Positions 52,801 through 64,000 of a stretch of 64,000 nt of DNA are shown here, in pieces. Origin of the DNA: the human T2T-CHM13v2.0 reference genome, Homo sapiens; NCBI RefSeq assembly GCF_009914755.1, contig NC_060939.1. The stretch is one strand, 5' to 3'. How positions within the stretch are numbered: position 1 is the stretch's first letter; each line of letters begins with the position of its first letter. A model generated the notes under the pieces. It ran no database searches and was not told where the DNA came from. It worked only from the letters and a program-made list of their open reading frames with translations. The translations under genes were made by a program, and so were the position numbers.

Positions 52801-55800
52801 GGAATGGAATGGAATGGAATGGAATGAAATGGAATGGAATGGAATGGAATGGAATCAACCCGAATGGGATGGCATGGAATGGAATTGAATGGAATAGAAT
52901 GGAATGGACTGTAATGGAATGGAATGGAATTGAATCAACCCAAGTGCAATGGAATGGAATGGAATGCAATGGAATCCACCCGAGTGGAATGGAATCGAAT
53001 GGAACAGAATGGAATGGAATGGAATGGAATGGAATGAAATCAACCCGAGTGGAATGCAACGGAATGGAATGGAATGGAAAGGAATGAATGTAATGGAATG
53101 GGGTGGAATCAACACGAGAGGAATGGAATGGAACGGAATGGATCGGAACGGAATGGAAAGGAATGGAATGGAATGAAACCGAATGGAATGGAATGGATTG
53201 GAATGGAATAGAATGGAATCAACCCGAGCGGAAAGGAATGTAACGGAATGGAGTGGAATGTAATGTAATGTAAAGGAATGGAATGAAATAGAATCAACAC
53301 GAATGGAATGGAACGGAATGGAATGGGATGGGATGGAATGGAATGGAATAAATCCGGGTGGAGTGGATTGGATTGTAATGGAGTGGAACGTAATGGAATT
53401 TAGTGGAATGGAATGGAATGGAATGGAATGGAATGGAATGGAATGAAATGGATTGGATCGGAATGGAAGCCAATGGAATCAACTGGAATGGAATGGAATG
53501 GAATGGAATGGAATGAAATGGATTGGATCGGAATGGAAGCCAATGGAATCAAATGGAATGGAATGGAATGGAATGGAATGGAATGGAATGGAATGGAATG
53601 GAATGGAATAAATCCGGGTGGAGTGGAATGGAATGTAATGGAGTGGAATGTAATGGAATTTAGTGGAATGGAATGGAATGGAATGGAATGGAATGGAATG
53701 GAATGTAATGGAATGGAATGGAATCAACCCGAAAGGAATGGAATGGAAATGAATGGAATGGAGTGGAGTGGAATGGAATGGAATGGAATGGAAAGGAATG
53801 GAATGGAATCAACCCGAATGGGATGGCATGGAATGGAATTGAATGGAATGGAATGGAATGGAATGGAATGGAATGGAATCAACCCAAGTGCAATGGAATG
53901 GAATGGAATGCAATGGAGTACACCCGAGTGGAATGAAATGGAATGGAATGGAATGGAGTGGAATGGAACGTAATGGAGTGGAATGGAAAAAACACCAGGG
54001 GAATGAAATGGATTGGAATGAAATGGAATGGAAGGGAATGGAATGGAATGAAATCAACCCGAGTGGAATGGAACGGAATGGAATGTAATGGAAAGGAATG
54101 AATGGATTGGAATGGTGTGGAATCAACACGAGAGGAATGGAATGGAACGGAATGGAACGGAACGGAATAGAAAGGAATGGAATGGAATGAATCCGAATGG
54201 AATGGAATGGATTGGAATGGAATAGAATGGAATAAACCCGAGCGGAAAGGAATGGAATCGAATGGAGTGGAATGTAATGTAATGTAAAGGAATGGAATGA
54301 AATAGAATCAACACGAATGGAATGGAACGGAATGGAATGGGATGGGATGGAATGGAATGGAATGGAAGTTAATCAACACGAATGGAATGGAACGGAATGG
54401 AATGGAATGGAATGGAATGGAATGGAATGGAATGGAAGGAACGGAATGGAATCAACACGAGTGGAATGGAATGAAACGGAATGGAATCAACACGAGGGGA
54501 ATGAAATGGAATGTAATGCAATGGGATGGAGTGGAATCAACCCGAGTGGAATGGAATGGAATGGAATGAAATGGAATGGATCGGAATGGAATCTAATGGA
54601 ATCAACTGGAATGGAATGGAATGGAATGGAATAAATCCGGGTGGAGTGGACTGGAATGTAATGGAGTGGAATGTAATGGAATTTAGTGGAATGGAATGGA
54701 ATGGAGTGGAATGGAATGGAATGGAATGGAAAGGAATGAAATGGATTGGATAGGAATGGAATCCAATGGAATCAACTGGAATGGAATGGAAAGGAATGGA
54801 ATGGAATGGAATAAATCCGGGTGGAGTGGAGTGGAATGTAATGGAGTGGAATGGAATGGAATTTAGTGTAATGGAATGGAATGGAATGGAATGGAATGGA
54901 ATGGAATGGAATCAACCCGAGTGGAATGGAACGGAATGGAATGGAAGGGAATGGAATGGAAGGGAATGGAATGGAATGGAATAGAATGTAATGTAATGGA
55001 ATGGAATGGAATGGAATGGAAGGGAATGGAATCAACACGAATGGAATGGCATGGAATGGCATTGAATCGAATAGAATGGAATGGAATGGAATGGAATGGA
55101 ATCAACCCAAGTGCAATGGAATGGAATGGAATGCATTGGAATCCACCTGAGTGGAATGTAATGGAATGGAATGGAATGGAATGGAGTGGAATGGAACGGA
55201 ATGGAGTGGAATGCAATAAACATCAGGGGAATGAAATGGATTGCAATGAAGTGGAATGGAATGGAATGGAATGGAATGAAATCAACAAGAGTGGAATGGA
55301 ACGGAATGGAATGGAATGGAAAGGAATGAATGGAATGGAATGGTGTGGAATCAACATGAGAGGAATGGAACGGAATGGAATGGAATGGAACGGAACGGAA
55401 TGGAAAGGAATGGAATGGAATGAACCCGAATGGAATGGAATGCATTGGAAAGGAATGGAATGGAATCAACCCGAGAGGAAAGGAATGGAATGGAATGGAG
55501 TGGAATGTAATGGAATGGAATGGAATGGAATGGAATGGAATCAACACAAATGGAATGGAACGGAATGGAATGGGTTAGGATGGAATGGTATGGAATGGAA
55601 GTTAATCAACACGAATGGAATGGAACGGAATGGAATGGAATGGAATGGAAAGGAATGGAATGGAATTGAATGGAATGAAATGGAAAGGAACGGAATGGAA
55701 TCAACACGAGTGGAATGGAATGGAACGGAATGGAATCAACCACAGTGGAATGAACTGGAATGTAATGCAATGGGATGGAGTGGAATCAACCACAGTGGAA

Positions 55801-58800
55801 TGAACTGGAATGTAATGCAATGGGATGGAGTGGAATCAACCCGAATGGAATGGAATGGAATGGAAAGGAATGGAATGGAACGAAATGGAATGGATCGGAA
55901 TGGAATCCAATGGAATCAACTGGAATGGAATGGAATGGAATGGAATGGAATGCAATGGAATGGAATAAATCTGGGTGGAGTGGAATGGAATGAAACGGAG
56001 TGGAATGTAATGGAATTTAGTGGAATGGAATGGAATGGAATGGAATGAAATGGATTGGATCGGAATGGAATCCAATGGAATCAACTGGAATGGAATGGAA
56101 TGGAATGGAATGGAATGGAATAAATCCGGGTGGAGTGGAATGGAATGTAATGGAGTGGAATGGAATGGAATTTAGTGGAATGGAATGGAATGGAATGGAA
56201 TGGAATGGAATGGAATGGAATGAAATGGATTGGATCGGAATGGAATCCAATGGAATCAACTGGAATGGAATGGAATGGAATGGAATAAATCAGGGTGGAG
56301 TGGAATGGAATGTAATGGAGTGGAATGGAATGGAATTTAGTGGAATGGAATGGAATGGAATGGAATGGAATGGAATGGAATGAAATGGATTGGATCGGAA
56401 TATAATCCAATGGATTAAACTGGAATGGAATGGAATGGAATGGAATGCAGTGGATCGGAATGGAATCAAATGGAATCAACTGGAATGGAATGGAATGGAA
56501 TGGAATGGAATAAATCCGGGTGGAGTGGAATGGAATGTAATGGAGTGGAATGTAACGGAATTTAGTGGAATGGAATGGAATGGAGTGCAATGGAATGGAA
56601 TGAAATGGATTGGATCGGAATGGAATCCAATGGAATCAACTGGAATGGAATGGAATGGAATGGAATGGAATGGAATAAATCCGGGTGGAGTGGAATGTAA
56701 TATAATGGAGTGGAATGTAATGGAATTCAGTGGAATGGAATGGAATGGAATGGAATGGAATGGAATGAAATGGGAATGAAATGGATTGGATCGGAATATA
56801 ATCCAATGGAATAAACTGGAATGGAATGGAATGGAATGAAATAAAATGGATTGGATTGGAATGGAATCCAATAGAATCAACTGGAACGGAATGGAATGGA
56901 ATGGAATGGAATATTTCCAGGTGGAGTGGAATGGAATATAATGGAGTGGAATGGAATGGAAATTAGTGGAATGGAACGGAATGGAATGGAAAGGAATGTA
57001 ATGTAATGTAATGTAATGTAATGGAATGGAATGGAATGGAATCAACCCGAATGGGATGGCATGGAATAGAATTGAATGCAATGGAATGGAATGGAATGGA
57101 ATGGAATGGAATGCAATGGAATCCAGCCGATTGGAATGGAATGGAATGGAATGGAATGGAATGGAATGGAATGGAATGGAATGGAGTGGAATGGAATAAA
57201 CAGCAGAGGAATGAAGTGGATTGGAATGAAACGGAATGGAATGGAATGGAATGAAATCAACCCGAGGGGAATGGAACGGAATGGAATGGAATGGAAAGGA
57301 ATGAATGGAAGGGAATGGTGTGGAATCAACACGAGAGGAATGGAATGGAATGGAATGGAACGGAACGGAATGGAAAGGAATGGAATGGAATGAACCCGAA
57401 TGGAATGGAATGGATTGGAATGGAATGGAATAGAATCAACCTGAGAGGAAAGGAATGGAATGGAATGGAGAGGAATGGAATGTAATGGAATGGAATGCAA
57501 TGGAATGGAATCAACACGAATGGAATGGAACGGAATGGAATGGGATGGGATGGAATGGAATGGAATGGAAGTTAATCAACACGAATGGAATGGAACGGAA
57601 TGGAATGGAATGGAATGGAATGGAAAGGAACAGAATGGAATCAACAGGAGTGGAATGGAATGGAACGGAATGGAATCAATCCGAGTGGAATGAAATGGAA
57701 TGTAATGCAATGAGATGGAGTGGAATCAACCTGAGTGGAATGGAATCGAATGGATTGGAATGGAATGGAATGGAATGAAATGGAATGGAATAAATCCGGG
57801 TGGAGAGGAATGGAATGTAATGGAGTGCAATGTTACGGAATTTAGTGGAATGGAATGGAATGGAATGGAATGGAATGGAATCGAATGGAATGAAATGGAT
57901 TGGATCGGAATGGAATCCAATGGAATCAACTGGAATGGAATGGAATGGAATAAATCCGGGTGGAGTGGAATGGAATGGAATGGAGTGGAATGGAATGGAA
58001 TTTAGTGGAATGGAATGGAATGGAATGGAATGGAATGGAATGGAATGGAATGGAATGAAATAGAATGGAATCAACCCGAATGGAATGGAATGGAATGGAA
58101 TGGAAAGGAATGGAATGGAATGGAATGGAATGGAATAGAATGGAATGGAATGGAATGGAATCAACCCAAGTGCAATGGAATGCAATGGAATGCAATGGAA
58201 TCCACCCGAGTGGAATGGAATGGAATGGAATGGAATATAATGCAATGGAATGGAATGGAATGGAATGGAATGGAGTGGAATGGAACTGAATGGAGTGGAA
58301 TGGAATAAACACCAGGAGAATGAAATGGATTGGAATGAAATGGAATGGAATGGAATGGAATGGAATGGAATGGAATGAAATCAACCCGAGTGGAATGGAA
58401 CGGAATGGAATGGAATGGAAAGGAATGAATGGAAGGGAATGGTGTGGAAACAACACGAGAGGAATGGAATGGAATGGAATGGAAAGAAACGGAATGGAAA
58501 GGAATGGAATGGAATGAACCCGAATGGAATGGAATGGATTGGATTGGAATGGAATGGAATCAACCCGAGCATAAAGGAATGGAACGGAATGGAGTGGAAT
58601 GGAATGGAATGGAATGGAATGGAATGGAATCAACACGAATGGAATGGAGCGGAATGAAATGGGATGGGATGGAATGGAATGGAATGGAATGGAATGGAAT
58701 CAACATGAATGGAATGGAACGTAATGGAAAGGAATGGAATGGAAAATAATGGAATGGAATGAACCCGAATGGAATGGAATGCATTGGAATGGAATGGAAT

Positions 58801-61800
58801 GGAATCAACCCGAGCGGAAAGGAATGGAATGGCATGGTGTGGAATGGAATGTAATGGAATGGAATGGAATGGAATCAACACGAATGGAATGGAACGGAAT
58901 GGAATGGGATGGGATGGAATGGAATGGAAGGGAAGTTAATCAACACGAATGGAATGCAACGGAATGGAATGGAATGGAATGGAGTGGAATGAACCCGAAT
59001 GGAATGGAATGGATTGGAATGGAATGGAATTGAATCAACCCTAGTGGAAAGGAATGGAATGGAATGGAGTGGAATGTAATGTAATGTAATGGAATGGAAT
59101 GGAATGGAATCAACACGAATGGAATAGAACGGAATGGAATGTGATGGGATGGAATGGAATGGAATGGAAGTTAATCAACATGAATGGAATGGAATGTAAT
59201 GGAATGGAACGGAACGGAATGGAATGGAATGCAATGGAATGGAATGAAATGGAAAGGAACGGAATGGAATCAACACGAGTGGAATGGAATGGATAGGAAT
59301 GGAATCAACCTGAGTGAAATGAAATGGAATGTAATGCAATGGGATGGAGTGGAATCAACCCGAGTGGAATGGAATGGAATGGAATGGAACGAAATGGAAT
59401 GGATCGGAATGTAATCCAATGGAATCAACTGGAATGGAATGGAATGGAATGGAATGGAATAAACCCGGGTGGAGTGGAATGGAATGTAACGGAGTGGAAT
59501 GTAATGGAATTTAGTGGAATGGAATGGAATGGAATGGAATGAAATGGATTGGATCGGAATGGAATCCAAAGGAATCAACTGGAATGGAATGGAATGGAAT
59601 GGAATAAATCCGGGTGGAGTGGAATGGAAAGTAATGGAGTGGAATGGAATGGATTTTACTGGATGGAATGGAATGGAATGGAATGCAACGGAATGGAATG
59701 GAATGGAATGGAATGGAATGGAATGGAATCAACCCGAATGGAATGGAACGGAAAGGAATGGAAAGGAATGGAATGGAATGGAATGGAATGGAATGGAATG
59801 GAATGGAATGGAAAGGAATGGAATGGAATGGAATGGAATCAACCCGAATGGGATGGTATGGAATGGAACTGAATGGAATAGAATGGAATGGAATGGAATG
59901 GAATGGAATCAACCCAAGTGCAATGGAATGGTTTGGAATGCAATGGAATCCACCTGAGTGGAATGGAATGGAATGGAATGGAATGGAATGGAATGGAATG
60001 GAGTGGAATGGAACGGAATGGAGTGGAATGCAAGAAACACCAGGGGCATAAAATGAATTGGAATGAAATGGAATGGAATGGAATGGAATGGAATGGAATG
60101 GAATGGAATGGAATGAAATCAACCCAAGTGGAATGGAACGGAAAGGAATGGAATGGAAAGGAATGAATGGTAAGGAATTGTGTGGAATCAACCCGAGAGG
60201 AATGGAATGGAATGGAATGGAACGGAAAGGAATGGAAAGGAATGGAATGGAATGAACCCGAATGGAATGGAATGGATTAGAATGGAATGGAATGGAATCA
60301 ACCCGAGCGGAAAGGAATGGAATGGAATGGAGTGGAATGTAATGTAATGGAATGGAATGGAATGGAATGGAATGGAATCAACACAAATGGAATGGAACGG
60401 AATGGAATGGGATGGGATGGAATGGTATGGAATGGAAGTTAATCAACACGAATGGAATGGAACGGAATGGAATGGAATGGAATGGAATGGAATGGAATGG
60501 AATGAAATGGAATGGATTGGAATGGAATACAATGGAATCAACTGGAATGGAATGGAATGGAATGGAATGGAATGGAATGAAATGGAATGGATCAGAATGG
60601 AATCCAATGGAATCAACTGGAATGGAATGGAATGGAATGGACTGCAATTGAATGGAATAAATCTGGGTGCATTGGAATGGAATGTAACGGAGTGGAATGT
60701 AATGGAATTTAGTGGAATGGAATGGAATGGAATGGAATGGAATGGAATGGAATGGAATGAAATGGATTGGATCGGATTGGAATCCAATGGAAGCAACTGG
60801 AATGGAATGGAATGGAATGGAATTGTATAAATCCGGGTGGAGATGACTGTAATGTAATGCAGGGGAATGGAATGGAATTCAGTGGAATGGAATGGATTGG
60901 AATGGATTGGAATGGAATGGAATGGAATGGAATGGAATGGAATGGAATGAAAGGGATAGGATCGGAATGGAATCCAATGGAATCAACTGGAATGGAATGG
61001 AATGGAATAAATCCGGGTGGAGTGGAATGGAATGTAATGGAGTGGAATGGAATGCAATTTAGTGGAACGGAATGGAAAGGAATAGAATGGAATGGAATGG
61101 AAAGGAATGGAATGGAATCAACCCGAATGGGATGGCATGGAATGGAATTCAATGGAATGGAATGGAATGGACGGTAATGGAATGGAACGGAATGGAATCA
61201 ACCCAAGTGCAATGGAATGGAATGGAATGCAATGGAATCCACCCAAGTGGAATGGAATGGAATGGAATGGAACGGAATGGAATGGAATGGAGTGGAATGG
61301 GACGGAATGGAGTGGAATTGAATAAACACCAGGGGTATGAAATGGATTGGAAAGAAATGGAATGGAATGGAATGGAATGAAATCAACCCGAGTGGAATGC
61401 AACGGAATGGAATGGAATGGAAAGGAATGAATGGAATGGAATGGTGTGGAATCAACACGAGAGGAATGGAATGGAATGGAATGGAATGGAATGGAATGGA
61501 ACGGAACGGAATGGAAAGGAATGGAATGGAATGAACCCGAATGGAATGGAATGCATTGGAATGGAATGGAATGGAATCAACCCGAGCGGAAAGGAATGGA
61601 ATGGAATGGAGTGGAATGTAATGTAATGGAATGGAATGGAATGGAATGGAATCAACACAAATGGAATGGAACGGAATGGAATGGGTTAGGATGGAATGGT
61701 ATGGAATGGAAGTTAATCAACACGAAGGGAATGGAACGTAATGGAATGGAATGGAATGGAAAGGAATGGAATGGAATTGAATGGAATGAAATGGAAAGGA

Positions 61801-64000
61801 ACGGAATGGAATCAACACGAGTGGAATGGAATGGAACGGAATGGAATCAACCCCACTGGAATGAACTGGAATGTAATGCAATGGGATGGAGTGGAATCAA
61901 CCCGAGTGGAATGGAATGGAATGGAAAGGAATGGAATGGAATGAAATGGAATGGATCGGAATGGAATCCAATGGAATCAACTGGAATGGAATGGAATGGA
62001 ATGGAATGGAATGGAATGGAATGCAATGGAATGGAATAAATCTGGGTGGAGTGGAATGGAATGAAACGGAGTGGAATGTAATGAAATTTAGTGGAATGGA
62101 ATGGAATGGAATGGAATGGAATGAAATGGATTGGATCGGAATGGAATCCAATGGAATCAACTGGAAAGGAATGGAATGGAATGGAATGGAATAAATCTGG
62201 GTGGAGTGGAATGGAATGTAATGGAGTGGAATGGAATGGAATTTAGTGGAATGGAATGGAATAGAATGGAATGGAATGGAATGGAATGAAATGGATTGGA
62301 TCGGAATGGAATCCAATGGAATCAACTGGAATGGAATGGAATGGAATAAATCCGGGTGGAGTGGAATGGAACGGAATTTAGTGGAATGGAATGGAAAGGA
62401 ATGGAATGAAATGGAATGGAATGGAATGGAATGGAATCAACCCGAGTGGGATGGCATGCAATGGAATTGAATGGAAGGGAATGGAATGGACTGTAATGGA
62501 ATGGAATGGAAGGGAATCAAACCAAGTGCAATGGAATGGAATGGAATGCAATAGAATCCACCCGAGTGGAATGGAATGGAATGGAATGGAATGGAATGGA
62601 ATGGAATGAATGTAATGGAATGGGGTGGAATCAACACGAGAGGAATGGAATGGAATGGAATGGAAAGGAACGGAATGGAAAGGAATGGAATGGAATGATC
62701 CCGAATGGAATGGAATGGATTGGAATGGCATGGAATGGAATCATCCCGAGCGGAAAGGAACGGAATGGAATGGAGTGGAATGGAATGGAATGGAATGGAA
62801 TGGAATGGAATGGAATCAACACGAATGGAATGGAACGGAATGGAATGGAATGGGATGGGATGGAATGGAATGGAAGTTAATCAACACGAATGGAATGGAA
62901 AGGAATGGAATGGAATGGAATGGAATGGAATGGAATGAACCCGAATGCAATGGAATGGATTGGAATTAAACGGAATGGAATCAACCCGAGCGGAAAGGAA
63001 TGGAATGGAATGGAATGGAATGGAATGAAAAGGTTTGGATCGGAATGGAATCCAATGGAATGGAATGGAATGGAATGGAATAAATCCGGGTGGAGTGGAA
63101 TGGAATGCAATGGAGTGGAATGTAACGGAATTTAGTGGAATGGAATGGAATGGAATGAAATGGATTCGATCGGAATGGAATCCAATGGAATCAACTGGAA
63201 TGGAATGGAATGGAATGGAATGGAATAAATCCGGGTGGAGTGGAATGGAATGTAATGGAGTGGAATGGAATGGAATTTAATGGAATGGAATGGAATGGAA
63301 TGGAATGGAATGGAATGGAATGGAATGAAATGGATTGGATCAGAATATAATCCAATGGGTTAAACTGGAATGGAATGGAATGGAATGGAATGGAATGGAA
63401 TGCAGTGGATCGGAATGGAATCAAATGGAATCAACTGGAATGGAATGGAATGGAATGGAATGGAATGGAATAAATCCGGGTGGAGTGGAATGGAATGTAA
63501 TGGAGTGGAATGTAACGGAATTTAGTGGAATGGAATGGAATAGAATGCAATGGAATGGAATGAAATGGATTGGATCGGAATGGAATCCAATGGAATCAAC
63601 TGGAATGGAATGGAATGGAATGGAATGGAATGGAATGGAATGGAATGGAATGGAATGGAATAAATCCGGGTGGAGTGGAATGTAATATAATGCAGTGGAA
63701 TGTAATGGAATTTAGTGGAATGGAATGGAATGGAATGGAATGGAATGAAATGGGAATGAAATGGATTGGATCGGAATATAATCCAATGGAATAAACTGGA
63801 ATGGAATGGAATGGAATGAAATAAAATGGATTGGATTGGAATGGAATCCAATGGAATCAACTGGAATGGAATGGAATGGAATGGAATGGAATACTTCCGG
63901 GTGGAGTGAAATGGAATGTAATGGAGTGGAATGGAATGGAATTTAGTGGAATGGAATGGAATGGAATGGAATTAAACCGAGTGGAATGGAACGGAATGGA
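43813..64000 (+). repeat. Human satellite 3 (HSat3), (GGAAT)n, G-rich strand on +
   Basis: GGAAT pentamers interspersed with CAACCCGA(G/A)T, the classical Sat III decamer; the HSat2-type ATCATCATCGAAT motif is not evident. Confidence 0.95.

Noticed and set aside
43813-64000. Heat-shock elements in HSat3
   Set aside because: GAA units are direct repeats; I saw no canonical inverted nGAAnnTTCn arrays, so HSF1 binding cannot be claimed from this sequence.

Overview
Primate, very probably human, heterochromatin; no prokaryotic features. Bases 1-43812 are an array of composite units in which degenerate D4Z4-like (LSau/DUX4-like) segments alternate with 2-9 kb blocks of 68-bp beta satellite. There are five full-length but disabled DUX4-like ORFs, one 3'-half fragment and one distal-only fragment. 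The array switches orientation at ~10040, so everything to the left is on the minus strand, and this creates an inverted repeat. One young AluYa-lineage element with a target-site duplication sits at 41934-42239. From ~43813 to the end the window is (GGAAT)n human satellite 3 with a modular ~1.1 kb higher-order structure. No intact DUX4 gene is present, and almost all listed ORFs are satellite artefacts. The LSau/beta-satellite composite is a known class (acrocentric short arms and some pericentromeres); the chromosome cannot be assigned from sequence alone. I see no convincing wholly new biological system. The most interesting points are pLAM/exon-3 homologues lacking the FSHD poly(A) signal, evidence that this segment is a decayed copy of the DUX4 5' region, the inversion breakpoint, and residual short homeodomain and C-terminal ORFs.
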